Positions 43,279-58,649 are shown, numbered from the stretch's first letter. The stretch: 64,000 nucleotides of DNA from Tubiluchus corallicola (GCA_030141605.1 JAQGDQ010000010.1:1054001-1118000); one strand, 5' to 3'. Notes: a model not told the origin generated them from the letters alone. Program-made: numbers and translations.

Positions 43279-44316
43279 CTATAAAAAAGTTAGCTTGATC
43301 AGCATCAACATGAATAAATGAGCATTTATGTTTCAGTGTGGAGACATTTTTCGATGTGGAGAATTGAAACAGGTTCTCTGATTAAGGTTCCTTTAAAACT
43401 TCTACAGCTTTTAGCGAGATAAGTTATTGTGAATAAATTCTGCTAAACAACATTTGGCACACATAGGTCTAACCAAGTTCAAGGTCTGAGACAGATACAT
43501 TAGTAGGCTTATAACGCAGCTTACTTTAATTAGAAGCCTTCATAAAAGCAAAATTTCTGCTTGATACAAATCTAGTTATCTGACGTAACTCGGCCTAACA
43601 GCCTGTCTGCTTGTCATCATATCATATGATGCTGACTAAATCATACACACGCAAAAATCACGGTGCAAATGTTCCTCTGAAAAGAAGAATGTTTTCTTAC
43701 TCCTAAGTTCTGACCTGGCCTTGCAGCCGAAAAAAATTCCAAATCTTTTATACACCGAAGAATTCTTAGTACAACTTCTTAACGTCTCACCGTCTATAAA
43801 CTAGGTCCTGTATCGTGTTAATGCGTATTAATCGAAGGTGCAAATCAATTCGCACTAAAACACCCACTAAATATAATAACGCATGCTTGCAGCAAGGCAT
43901 GTTCCGATGGGATACGGTAAACCATTATACAGCCTCGTTAATGCAAAACTGAATTATTCATTAGCAAAATACAGGAAACTCGGCTTGAAATTTGAAATGC
44001 GTGATTACAATATAATGAATACCTGATTATAAAGTGCCGCCGCCCCAAACTCGTCGGCATTATAACTAAAATAATAATAATCATTTCGCTATGGCCTCAG
44101 GGGTTCATATACATGCGTTCACATATGCGCCTTGCGTTCGCACGATTTCAAAAAGTAAGGTTGGGACAAGGGCGACAGTTGATCAACAAACGAAGGAAAC
44201 CTGTAAATACATAAACAAATCCTAAATTTTATACACAAAGATATTTCTGTAGGACTTTCTGTGCTGTTGTCAATGCCATCTTTAACATCTTTACATTCAG
44301 TGATTCAACTTACTCG

Positions 44317-44362
<46 letters not shown>

Positions 44363-44364
<2 letters not shown>

Positions 44365-44970
44365 TTGCGGGGCTGATCTTCGCTTTATTTTGCGTTCAAA
44401 CTTCTTCACTCACTCAAGGACACAGACATGCGACCTGTATGTTATTTCGAGTCGTGTTAAAGTAAAACGCCCCTATAAATTTGAATGTACTAATCTTACT
44501 CGAATGCATAAATCTGGCGTTCTGATTAGCTCAAAATACCCACCTATTTTCACCTTCAAAGTCTATAAATATAAGTGCCGCATCCTGTTTCCATGAGTTC
44601 ACTGGTTTCTGGTGTTTGCAACACCAAATACGACAAGCCTGCACCCGCCCTCCCAGGACTTGCCTTCAAACTGCTTTGGCGTAATGTGAGGGAGTGGTGA
44701 GCCCTCAAGGGTAGATTCGTTTTCTGTGTTTTTTATGTTTAGCCAGCTATTTGTTTCGGTTATGAGAAGAAAACTCTATTTAACAGTAAAATCTTAGTTT
44801 TACAAAATTAGTAGATTAGCTAAAATTTTGCTCTTTTAAAGCTGGTGAATGTCTCCCAGTTGCTTGGTTTCTTAGTTTCGTTTTAGGATCTCGAACCGAG
44901 GCCTCTCGCCCACCGATAGCACTGGTTCAAGCCGTCCAGGGGTGACTACTAAGACCCTGGCGGCGGAACA
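44363..44970 (-). mobile_element. Probable solo LTR (608 bp; BEL/Pao or Gypsy)
   Basis: Sharp-edged, more GC-rich block starting TGTT and ending AACA, inserted in a (TA)n tract; minus-strand AATAAA about 20 nt from its 3' end; flanks atag/atat. Confidence 0.65.
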
Positions 44971-45514
44971 ATATATATAACAAATAATTACAAAATTAAT
45001 ACACAATGAACACGCTTTGAAGTTTGAAGATTATTGTCTGATAATTGTGAAACTGTTGCTAAAATTACTACATGTTGTACGATGCAAGTTTTTCAACAGA
45101 GATACAATACGTGTACAATATCAATGGAGGCTGCACATGCAGACACATCGCGAAAAGAATACAGGTATTCTAAATTTAGTGAAGGTAAAACATTTTGCAC
45201 AGAATATTGCCTTAAAGTGACATACTGATTCCGTGCATTTAGGATGACGCACGTTACACAAAGTTGAAATCGTTTAATAACCACTAAGTTAATACATTTA
45301 TGACTCAGAAATGAACGAAAGTGACTTTTGGCGATTTCCATCACCGTGATAAGAATATAGACTTAATGGGCAAGTTTCAAATACTAACCTTTTTAAAGAG
45401 ACTGATGATAAAGAAATCTGATTGGACGTAAGACGTTAACATTAACGTGTTATCATCGTTTCATGTATCAAAATAAATTAGTTATTATGACACTGTTATT
45501 TTTTCCATTTGCAG

Positions 45515-45576
45515 CTAATATGTCTGGAGTCAAACTTGTAGCCTAAAAAGTTTTATCTGAGTGAATTCAGCAACAG
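45515..45576 (+). other. Candidate 62-nt non-coding exon
   Basis: ttttttccatttgcag|...caacag|gtaaga; contains a short ATG-initiated ORF MSGVKLVA*. Confidence 0.35.
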
Positions 45577-47032
45577 GTAAGATTTGTTATGTAATAAGTA
45601 AAAAAAATTACGTTATAGTTTCTTCAATTTTGCTGCACAACAGGGATTTCTGCGCATCTAGAATCACATTTGGGTAATTTAATTTTTATAGCGAAAAAAC
45701 ATTCAAAAGCTATCGTTATAACTTGAAAACTGTTAACGTGTCAACGTATACACTAAATAATTAAATAAACGTGTGTTCCTTTTCAGACAAATGGTGCCTA
45801 CACAAACTTTTCAAGCATTATTGCGTCCCTGTATTACGAATAGGCAGTTAAATAACGTATACCACGGGTGACTAATTGCTAGTGCACATAATTAAATAAT
45901 CATTTACTTTTACTTTCAAGATTATCGACTAACGAATGGTGATGAACTAATTGGACATAATTAGGGTCAGTTTTAAATACAGGTGACTGGATGATCTGAC
46001 GTGCGATAACGTAGATTAGATTATTTCTGTTACAATTAATTGTGGCCCGATTTTACACCTAAAAGCAAGAAATGTGTGAAATACATACTGCATTAGGCCT
46101 GCTTAAGATGTCTTAATATGCGTATTTTATTCGTCCCGGTTGATGTTGTTATTTTTTCCCTAGTTATAGTAGTAATTAACGAGACCAGGATCAATAAACA
46201 CCCCATGCTTAGGAAGTGTAAATTGTTTTTAGTGCAAGAATAATAAACAAAATGTTTCAGTTAGTATAGGAATAGGAAATTTCCCTGAAGACGCCGATAA
46301 ACGTGGTATTATTTTGTGAAAAACACCAATATGCCTGCGGTGTCTACTTTAAGGTCTTTATTTAGTACATATTTATTTGTAACATTTCTTTATGTGCGTA
46401 ATAGAAACCTAGTTAACTAATATATATAAACTATTAATATAATAATTAATTAACATAAAAAACTATATTAATAAATAAATAAACCATTTACATATTTATT
46501 TATCTTGCCTATTTTGACCTCAATGTAGTCCAAAAGTTCAACCCGCAGTCTCCTACAAAACACGCGAGTGAGCTCGGAACTAATGGACTGTTGTTATATT
46601 CCTGGTGGAGGTGGGAGGGGAGTGGCGTTAGTGATACTATGATGATCCTATACATGTATCGAAATGCACTGTGTTACTGAACCAAAAGTAAGCCGTTGTG
46701 TGTGACGAAGTTCGCGAAATACGTTACACACAGAAAAGCACTATAATAATTGTTCTTTAGTGTTTTCTGCCAGGCCATTGCAATTGTTGCCATTAATTTA
46801 GATATAAATTGTTTGCTAATAATTACTCTATAACTAGTGCAGTTATAAATACCATAAATATTCATGTTGATATAGCGCTAATAATAACAATTGACACGCA
46901 CATGAATAATGATGAACGTAACCATAGTTTCCAGCTTAAATCATTCATTGCGTTTTGGTAATTGTAGTTTTGCAAGATTCAGAGGTTTGGGTACAGCTGG
47001 TCATTCATTCCTCTTTCTCACTTTGCCGCTAT

Positions 47033-47045
47033 GTCGCTAGGCAAC
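47033..47045. promoter_or_regulatory. RFX X-box-like site
   Basis: GTCGCTAGGCAAC, with a CACGTG E-box ~12 bp downstream, in a repeat-free block. Confidence 0.4.
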
Positions 47046-48223
47046 TTTGTCACCCCCACGTGCTAGTGACAGGAGAAGAGGTTGCTTTTGGCTTCTCGAT
47101 GCTGAAGCGGACGCGATATTGCGACTAAAACCCAGTGCTTTTTTCGCTGAGTTCAGAAGCGTTCATGTTTATTTTTTTGAAGAGCTCTTCATTGGTGTAT
47201 TAAAACATAAGCTCCTACAGTTAACTACATAACTACATACATCATACAATGCTGTTACCTGTAAAAGCTGCTGTTTAATAATTACTGCATTATTCCTAAT
47301 GCCCTGCACACACGGTGTGATAAGTAACCACATACATCTAGGTCGTATTACGTAACAACATGACAAGCAAAATAATCACAGACACACGGTGAAATGTAAA
47401 CATGTTTAAGTTATTACCCATGGTAGTAACTGTCTAGTTAAAATGAAATCCAGGTGAACGAAGAGATTTAAAAGGATGATGTGATATTTGAAGTTTCACT
47501 GAAAGGTTAACTCGGTCACCATTCACATTCACAGAAATTTCACATCATCATTCACAATTACTACTGAAAATTGATAGTAAATATCATTAATACAAAATGG
47601 TTAATATGACAAAAAAAATTGCTCGAACAGTTTTAGCAAGCATTAATAGAAGCTTGTCTTTACTCATTGCTATAGCTCTCCACTACGACAGTTTAAACAT
47701 TTAAGACCCAGTTTTTGTCACGCGGAAACAATAAATTTAATAACATTTACAGTCGCCATCAAATGTTGAAATAATGTTAAAAACTACCAGATCCAGTTGG
47801 AGAAATGGCGAAAAAGTATTTTTCACTTCCTAGATGTACAACATCTGCCATGCATTAAATGCTTCATTTTTGGTAGCAATGATTGGAGGGTCTTTGAGAT
47901 TTATAAATTCTTGAATTGACACCTTTAAAAAAGAGTAACTAACACGATCCGAAGCGGATCGCGGACTTATTTCTCGGGAGTTGACTGATTTGTGACTGTT
48001 GCAAGTGTTGTTTGTGATGTTTGTGCCATTACACTTCAAACTTCCAAGTGCAAACACCAGTCATGTAATTTACGACTTCAACTTTAAAATAAAACTTTCA
48101 TTATTTACGCGAGCAAACAAAGTCATGCATAACTGATGCCTGAAGTACAGATGGCATGAGAAATGTAGTTACAGGAATCGCCAAGGTATGCGGGAAATTG
48201 TTCTATACATGGTCTTAATGCTT

Positions 48224-48988
<765 letters not shown>

Positions 48989-50449
48989 GAAAAAATATTT
49001 TGTTCTCACAAAATAGTTACCATTCTCCATTGGCTACTTTACAATAGTCTAACCTGAAGTGATATGTAAAATAAACTGATTTACAATAACTTTTAATTTA
49101 AAATAGAAATTATCATCCGCAAATAAACTTACAATACATCAGTGAAAACTTTGATTAAGACAAGTCTTTAGGTAATTTTTGAAGCAAATAATTTTGAAAC
49201 GGCAATAAAACCAAAAGAGAATGGTAAAAATAAAATATTAACAATAATGTTAATCTTCCCTAAAATTACACCTATCAATAAAAGCGCTAGCTGCTCTTTT
49301 TTGTTTTAAACTTATGTCTAGCAATAGTGGCTCAATTGATAAAGTTCGTCGTCGTAGTTTCTACTGTATATCCCACCATAACACGGCTACTGCGTGCGTC
49401 TTACATTATAGCTCCCTTCCCCTTATTCACACTTTTGCTAATTCACTAAATTTTTGCATGAAGCATTGCAGTTGTATCATCAGTTTTTTTTTAAAAAGTA
49501 TGTTAACATCTTGCTACCACTTGTTTTCTTGTGGGAGGCTAAACTGTTTCCAAAAATAGGAAATATCATTTTCCAAAGTCGTCATGTCAAGGTAAAAAAA
49601 TGAAGCAGTTGATGACTACATGTTGAATCTCTTAATTTCTTGAAAAATACAAACACAAGATTACAGCTCAAAAAGCTAAGCAACAGATGAATGCGTTATT
49701 ATGCATTATTATAATGAAGGTTAATACATTATTATGCATTAACCTTCATTATAGCCGAAAAACGAAAAAAACGAATAAATAACAAATCAAGAAACTATAA
49801 AATTTAATAAAATGCTGAGCTCGTTTAATTACAGCTAAGCCAAATGGTCTATATCAAGAATCGTGGCCGCTCAAACGCGTAGTAAGTTTCAAAGAATTTA
49901 AACCTGATAAGCACCCATCCATATGACCTTCACATATGTGCTGAGAAAGACTTGCGACTTGTCCCATCTAATCTGTTTAACCTCAGTGAATTTCATGCTC
50001 TGCGGGATTCTGAGCACAGTGATGTTTCACAGAGTGCAGTTGCTGTCACTTTGGTTTCAGAAAACGCTCACCATGTTTTTCATCTTTAGATTTTACAGTC
50101 GACTATAGCCACGACTGAGTTATCCTAATAGAGCAAGCAGTTTCTATATAAGACGTTCGTTTAAGTTCGTTTAATTCGCTATGTGCATATAATTAGTGAA
50201 CATATTTAAAAAAACATTGTAAAACTGTTGCCATGATGAGCGGAATTTGAACAAAATAACTCGATAATTATAGGAATGATTATTTTCTCTTATTTTTGCT
50301 TCTAATGAGTTTTCATCATCCACCCAATTTCAACCTCTGTTTTCCATCTCCACTTCTCTTCTGCTCTCCCTTCCCTTCTCTTTCTCTTTTCTTTATCAAT
50401 CCCTTCTCGCGCTTTCTTTCACAGTCTATATAAAGTGAGACAAACAGAA

Positions 50450-50598
50450 ACGGAGAAAGAGAGAGAGAGAGAGCTAGTGAGAGAAAGAGAGAGCGAGAGT
50501 AGGAGAGAGAGAGAAAGAGTAGGATTAAAAGACAGCGAGTATGTGTGTGTATGTGTGTGTATGTGTGTGTGCACGTGTGTGCGCGCGTGCGTGCGTGA
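50450..50598. repeat. (AG)n and (GT)n microsatellites
   Basis: Direct reading. Confidence 0.85.
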
Positions 50599-52649
50599 GA
50601 ATATTATTATAACTCTTTTACTTTTCTCACACGAGCAGTTACCATAAAATTCCAGTATATCGCAAATTAGAAAACAAATAATTTACAGAATATCACAACA
50701 TTAATAACACATCTCTCTTATCCAGAAGAGATGTGTTAAGAATTTTCTATTATCCAGTATGAGAAAGAATCATTACACATCACATCACATCGCATCCGTA
50801 TCGTAAAATTAGTGCCAGTGTTTTTACCATTAAACAAAAACATGAAGAATCAATTATTCAGCTTTAATTAATTAATATCAGCATTTCAACTGTCCACTAA
50901 TAAAAGCTCTTCCAGGAGTATTTATAAAGGTACAAATCGCCTCTGGATTTCTGCCCATAAAATGGGTTATGTGTTATGCCTTTAGTCATTAGAATAATTC
51001 TTTTCCTTCATTTATCGTTCAAAATCACATATTTAGGCTACGGAACGAAGATCCACACAAAGAAGATACGTATGCACAGCAAGAAATCCTGATTATTGTA
51101 TTAAAATGTTCACAGGCAATTACATTAACCAGTCCCAACTTAACAGTAAAGTTAAAGACATTATTTTTGCATCGAGTTTGCATTATTTAATGGCGACTTT
51201 CACTTAGTTGCGTGATTGCCCTTTATTGCTGAAATAACGGTGACTACACACGCATACTAAAAGTAATCGATGAATGAATTGCTGCTATTTTGGCTTTTAG
51301 AGAGAACGATGAAAGAATGAAACCCTAGCGTAATCTTCTAAAACCCCAAATCCAGGAAATCGACCATTTGTTACGCAGAAGCACCGAAGAGGCGGGAAAG
51401 TGGTATTCTTGGGGTTCCCGCCCCGTCATTAATAACCTTGTACATTAATAATGTAGCTTGATTAACACACCTACGCTTGCAGTAGTTAAACATTTGGCAC
51501 ACGTACTGAGTAAAGAAGAAAGTCAAATTTAGCACCAACAAAAGTATTTAAATTATGAGTAACTAAATTAGGAATTACAATAACTCCGAGTCAAATTATT
51601 ACAAACGATTGACATTTCAGTTTATAAACAGAAGCTAACCAAAAGTGCCTGTGATATGCTTCGAACCTGAAGACAGATTTTTCGCTACGTGGAAAGTGTG
51701 TGCGTTATTGATATTTGTGAGTAGATAGCATTAGTACTGAGTGCCAGGGTTGATAAGCAACACTCTTTGACGCAAACGCTCGCTAAAGGGCACGATAATG
51801 TAGTCTGTTGAGTTATGCAGTTGACAACTACAATGACAGAATGTAGCAGTAAATACAACACTGGCAGTTGCATAGCTCAATGCAAAAAACAAAATAACTC
51901 AGCTATAATAAGTCTTGCATATTACACTATTTTAATGCGTTGGTCTTTATTACAATGTGTGAAAAGAAGCTGTTTAAGGCATATATGCACTGTGCAAAAA
52001 AGCGTAATAGCACCGGGTATTCTTCAAGTTTCTCTTGCAATTGTTAAATTGGTTTATAATGTTCATTTGATAAAACTTTATTGATTAAACAAAGAAAAGA
52101 ATCAGTTTCAGTCACTAAGTTTTGGCAGTTAATGAATGCAGCTGTGCAATTATGACTTGGCTTGCAAAAAAAGAATTCTTATTACTTATACCAAGTGCTT
52201 ATGCTGTTTTTTTATTCGTTTGTTTTGTGAATTTAACACACCACAAACCATTATAATTTGCAACACTTACTCACCCAATGCACCCACGATACTGAAAAAC
52301 CTTCCTGAGAAACTAGCGAAAGTAAATTAGGATATAGACTATATAGTTTGCCTACTAGCTATCCATTGTCTCTTTAATAACAAAAATTGGATATTAAACA
52401 TGGCATATTAGTTTTGAATAACGAAGTTAGCTCATAAGCAAAAGTAGCAGACAAAGCGTAACTGATGACAGCACATCAATTGTATATCGATAAGTGAGAA
52501 GTTCTCTAAAGGTTTTCAAGCAAGAAATCTTCAAAAAATCAAACATGTGACAAGCCATAATCATTCGTCTTGACGGAGCTATATTTACAAAAGCTTTGAT
52601 ACGTTTATAACATACCAATTCTTCTTCCAGTTTCCAGAAAGTTATAGAA

Positions 52650-52711
52650 CTCTCTGTTTTTCTCTCTCCTATCTCTCTCTCTCCCTCCCTCCCCCTCTCT
52701 CGCTTTCACTC

Positions 52712-52756
<45 letters not shown>

Positions 52757-52830
52757 CGCTCGCTCGCTCACTCTCTCTCTCTTTTTCTCTCTCTCCCTCA
52801 TTCTTCTTCCTTCCCCTTCTCTCTATCTCG
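52650..52830. repeat. (CT)n-rich microsatellite
   Basis: Direct reading. Confidence 0.9.
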
Positions 52831-55339
52831 CTGTCATTCTTTTACTTTTGTGCTCGTATCTATCAGATTTACTGCGCTCAATTTCAGTCGTCACTGTGAA
52901 CTTTACTCGCTTTAAAGTTAAACATTCTCGCTTCTACTGTCTCTTTCTACTTCTGCGATTTTATAAGCAGTTGTTTCATCAGTTAAGATGTAAGAACTGA
53001 ATGCCGGCAGTAAGAAAAAAAAATTCAACATTTTTCGTTTTGCTTTAATATTAACATTTTACTGCATTCCACACGAGTCACGAGACAGTAGCCCCTAAGC
53101 GAATAAAACATCTCAGTAATACCGCATTACTTTTTCCGCAACAGCTACAGCTGCTGCCAGGCTTTTCCGCTACTTTTGCAAGTTTATTAATTAAACTTTT
53201 GTTGGCCCTATAGTACATCGTTTCTAGCAATAATCTTGAAACTTAAAACTATGAAATCTATTACTTCATCGTCATCATCATCGTCGTCGTCATCATGGTC
53301 GTCGTCGTTGATGCTCGTTGTCATCATCATAAAATCATCTTAATTTACCGTTCACTTACCTTCTTGGTTAGAGACAAGCTTATTGCGCCTCAATTATTAT
53401 TCGCCAAACAGGTTACTCGCCAGGAAAGCCACATCATGTTATGGATACAACAAAATTTAATAAGTTCGCATAAAAAGGTGACTCTTTTCTATATTATTTC
53501 ATGTAATTGTACTATAGTTGTATACTTTTATCTTGATGCATGTTTTCAAAAGAAGAATTGTATCGTAAAACATATAGGCCTAATTCGCATCTATGCACTC
53601 TATGCGATTTGCCTAAATTTGTCATCGTCCGCACAAACACAAGTTCCACCAGATTTTTTCTCAAAAATTGAGCCTACATTGGCTTCTTTTAGTTGTCCTA
53701 TAATACTAGCGGCAGCACCATCATAAATTCATAGTGGTTCCATAGCCCACAGTTATCTCGTGGATATCGTTTTAACACAAAAGTAACCAGAATAATGAAT
53801 ACAAACTATTGTTTTTGTTTCTTTGAAACCCAAACAATGTATATACGCTATTCTTTTCTTTGCTCTGACTTTCAGGTGTAGTCAACGCGGGTAACTTGTA
53901 CACTACAAAACTGTTGTCATCTCAACACTCAACAATTTTGCGTTTGCTCGCATTGCTTGCTACCGCGCAATCTGCTGATCTGCGCGGTATGTGTAATTGA
54001 AGCCCTTCGCTGCGCCGTCTAATGTATGTGCGGCACATAGACCTTCAGCCAGCGCATGAACTATGTAGAGTTAATGCACTTACAAACAGTGCGCCGGCTT
54101 CTAGGTCTTTCATATAGTGATGGACAGCACAATTCAACCAGGCATTTGAACGCAGCGGCTTTCTTTAATAACACTGCTAATTCATTAACGAATGGATGCT
54201 TGCAAAAGACAAACGAGAAAATGGTCGCCAGGGCAGGTTGCCTTAGTAGTTTGCAGCATCTGTAACGCCATCTGAAAAATTTATTATTAAACAAATGCAA
54301 GTTCACCAGTTTCCATTCTGTTATAATGGATGTTGTCAAATCAAAAAGCTAAATGCACAAGTTTAACTTATTATTCAAAGTTAGTCAAGTTTGTCTGCTC
54401 TTTTCCTTCCCATGATTGAAAATTATTGTATACGCTTTTTGTCTAAAAGAAAATGAAAATTTTGCATCACAATTTAATGAACAATCGTCTTAAATGCAAA
54501 ATTTGATAATTTTAATTACTTGATACATGCGCATTAATTAATTAAGTAATTAATTAATAGTAACATTTTTGATAGGGTGGCTGATCTCGATAACTCATAG
54601 TAATTTCGCCATTCAAATCAATAATCACTTTTGCACTTTCTAATGTTATTGAATGTTGTACAGAGTTATAAATCACTTAGTTATGTATTTTGCTATTATA
54701 AAAAGTGATGACAAATAAATAAACTTGCTTATTTGAACTTTCTTGCTTACTAAGTAAGAAACGACATGGTCATCGAGAGATATCAAATAGTAGGCCTATA
54801 CATATTATTATCATTATTGTTGTCGTTGTTGTTGTTCTTATCATTTTCATTATCATTCTTATTGCATGTCGTCGTCGTTATTGTTATTTAATATGAATAA
54901 CATTTTAACTTAGACGATGTGATAGCACATTTAACCATCAATTAAACTTTTATAAGGTCTATAGTACAAAGATTCTAACAATAATCTTTAAAAATTAATC
55001 TCTATTACTAAAACTCTTATAAACCGAGACTGGATAGAATGGCTGCCCGACTGACCGACCGACCGACCGAAGTTACATTAATGCTACGCCTTGAAATGCT
55101 CTTTTATTATACTAAACGAAATTACATATACATGTATTCTATACTATTGAACACTGTATACTGTATTATACGAAACACTAAGTCTGTTACACACTTACAT
55201 CTGTTTGCATGCTCTGTAATGAATTAAAGTTAAAGTTAATTTGCGTTGTGCATAATGCAACTAGCAGAACTCCCGATTGGTATGGTGTAAGAACATAATT
55301 ACAACATCTAAAAGCTGACGGGTTGGACGATGTTAGGCA

Positions 55340-55845
55340 CGAGACCCCAGACCACACTAGTCTGCATTTATCTCTTGAAAGAGAAAATATGACAACTGTG
55401 AGGTCTATAAAATGGGCCTCAAACTACTTTTTGCATGTCTAACCCAGATGCCAGGAGGCATTTTATCTTTTGAGAGCTGAATAACCTAATTTCTATAAGT
55501 GTCAGATGATTCGTGAGACCCCAAATACTGGTGTTCTTCTATCTCTTGACCTGAGGCCAAAGACCCTTGAATAACAATGACTATAATTTCTTAAATCTAT
55601 AAGGTGGGAAACATAAGGCACCTGATGTCTATAAAGTGGACCTGGTGCCTACGAACTGGTATGCGTACATATCTCGTGGGGCCAATTGAGCCCCTGAATA
55701 ACAATTATAATCATATAGTGTCTATAAGTCTGTAAGGTTTGTGGACTGGTGCCTGAGGCATACTGGTATACATGTATCTATTTCGTGGGCCTAAGGTCCC
55801 GGTGTAATAATAATTGTAATGTCTGTAAAGCTGGGCCTGTGTCCC
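55340..55845. repeat. Degenerate tandem repeat, roughly 105-125-bp units
   Basis: Recurring tctataa, gtggac(c)tggtgcct, actggtat, tcgtggg(g)cc and gaataacaat blocks in the same order. Confidence 0.65.
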
Positions 55846-56749
55846 ACTTTTCGTCTAGTCAAGTCAAGCCACCCAAAATACTGATATAATTGCTTGAGTT
55901 CTAAGGTCTTTGAAAAAAAATCATGTAGTTTTTAATACCTACTTATAGACTTGCCCAACAAAGTAATAACGGAGACCCTGGTTCAGCGAAATAAACAGCC
56001 TTCTGCGTAAAGCAACGATGTTGCTGTGAAAACTTGTTACGAAATCATTGATTAGTTGATTCTGCGGATTACTAGTTTCCACGTCCATATAAACTTTAAA
56101 ATTTCATGCGCACTTCTTTCCACAATTATGGTAAAACGTTAGAAACAATGTAACAAACAACGGTGTTTTACGAAAACTACTGGCTCAGGCCATTAAAACC
56201 TTTTCACATTTATATCTACTTAACCACTCCATAATTTGCAATGAATAACTGTCATCTTGAATTGCAATCAGAGGAATAATAAATAAATATTGGTTGCGGC
56301 CTTAATTGCAGACTACATATCCATACAGTCTACGAATTAATTAATGTGCTATTAATGCAAATTGGACATTTCCATAGCAACGTCTCGTGTAACTAATTAA
56401 TTAATGCTCAGAAAACTCCACTTCTACACGCTTATCCAAAAATATTAATTGTCGTCTCCTTAAGGCTATCTTACTGTTATTAATATTTCCAGGAAGTCGT
56501 GTTGATGGTACTCTATATATCATTATCCTTGCTAATGGCTATCTATGAATTGCTATTGTCTTAATGCACTGTAAATGCAAAATTACAAGCAGCCAATTTT
56601 TGTACAAGATTGTCAAGATAGTTTATTTCAGTAGATATACACGTATTGAAATAATTTATAAATATATATAATATCGTAGTACCGTTATATCGTAGTATTA
56701 GTATCGTAGTACAGCTTTCCTTAGTCCAGATATTATTACTTGGATTTTG

Positions 56750-57600
56750 ACAACAACACGATTGTACCAGAATATCTGCAAGATACGTTCATGGTCCTTA
56801 ACTACAATGACACTTCACGATCGTCGGCTATAATATATGTATATTATATGTATATAAAGTATTATAAATATATAATAAAACTGTATAAATGTATATATGT
56901 GCTTCCATCGCGAAGAAGAACCGGAAGTTTTCGAAATTCGAGTAGTATGTCTACGGCGATGTGCACCAGTATATACCAGGTTGCTATTACTCGTTTGACT
57001 AGAAAAGACTTTGATCCTGCAAATGACATTGGAGTCAGCTATCACAATTGATGGAGGCATCTTTAATTTACGGAGAGTGAATGCCACTACAATGATATGC
57101 TCTGCAATGATATTTGAACGTCACTTTGTTGATGGCACATCAGCCTCTCACTTCTCTGCGGCACATAATTGATTCGCAGACTTTATCATTGATGTTCCGC
57201 AGCAGCCCAAAAATTTGTCCTCGTAAGACAGAAATTTTTAGAAGATGTCAGCTAGATGTTGCTCGTAACCAGATTAGAACTGAAGACACGGACTTTCGAT
57301 AGGTTCATCAATTATGTATCTAGGTAGTATTATCCCTGACGATTGCTCCATTGACGAAGAGTCTACAACCTTGTTCGTACTGCATCATCTGTTCCGTCCA
57401 AAAAACACCCCAAGAAGAGATACCTTGATCATATAAAGCAATTGTTAAAGAAATGTAATATACCAGCCCGATGAACTTAAAATTCTAACCAGCAAACGTC
57501 AAGTTTACCCATCTGTGGATAAACAGAGAGCTACACAGTTTTAAGAAGAAAGGACTAGCTTGAGGAAAACAAAAAGACTCGCTAGATATCAACCAAAATG
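56750..57600 (+). mobile_element. Degenerate RTE (BovB-like) LINE fragment
   Basis: DGGIFNLRRVNATTMICSAMIFERHFVDG (compare RTE DGxLFNLRRL...LLFADD), KTEI, LGSIIPDDCSIDEE, PKKRYLDHIKQLLKKCNI. Confidence 0.8.
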
Positions 57601-57807
57601 TCGGGCAATTCAGATGACAGTTTTGTAACCGGTCTTACACATGAGAGAAATCAGAATGTTCTCATATAGAGATTAGAAGTAGATGGGGGCATCGTCTTTT
57701 AGATGGACAATGTAAAGCAAGTAAGAGACCAATAAATCTATAATTAGACCAACTGCGTGGGAAATTCTGTGTCTGTATGTATATTAATGATATGTGTTAT
57801 TATTATG

Positions 57808-58030
<223 letters not shown>

Positions 58031-58649
58031 TTGTATCCCAGACTTAACTCGGAGCTATTTTCGCGGACAAATTATTACTAACATTAAAAAAGTGATATTA
58101 TGGAGAACACATTGTGGTAAAATCCACTGAAACACCATCGGCACGGTTATTTTTGCAATGTAAAACTACTATTACCGGAATTTACTCAATGTAATTTCAG
58201 ACGCATATTTTCTGACAGTAACTGGCGTTTCATGCAGTTGTGATTACTCTTACGTCACTGCACTGTCAGAGTTTTTTGCTTTCCGGAAACGGATAGTACT
58301 GTTTATAGGTATGCGCTTCCTGCAGTCACTCCTACATTCTTCAACCAAATTTTTTTCAAGTTTCAATTTAGAATTGGATACTATACCATTATGGCGCATT
58401 CAAACTAGCGAGTTTTAGTAAACTGCTTTGCGAGGTACAGTTGGCAAGAAATTGCAAACTCTCCAGCAGTTGCTGCGACTCAGCCTGCGAGTTGATTTGC
58501 TGTCTAATGTGAACGCATGTTCGAGTTACTCTTGATACTTCTTGTAGCATGAGGAGTGTCAGGCTTACGTAATCTGAACAGACTTGCGAGTTACTTGGCG
58601 GGCTTACTTTACTTTACTGGTCTGACGCGCTGTTAGGAACTAACAACTT

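Noticed and set aside
46515-46595. tRNA/SINE-like head on the minus strand (gcgggttgaac B-box-like)
   Set aside because: Too degenerate; no cloverleaf or clear A-box
50594-50631. Head-to-head CGTGAGAA / TTCTCACA as a Su(H) paired site
   Set aside because: Spacer is 22 bp rather than the 15-17 bp of SPS elements, and the first site abuts a GT/GC repeat
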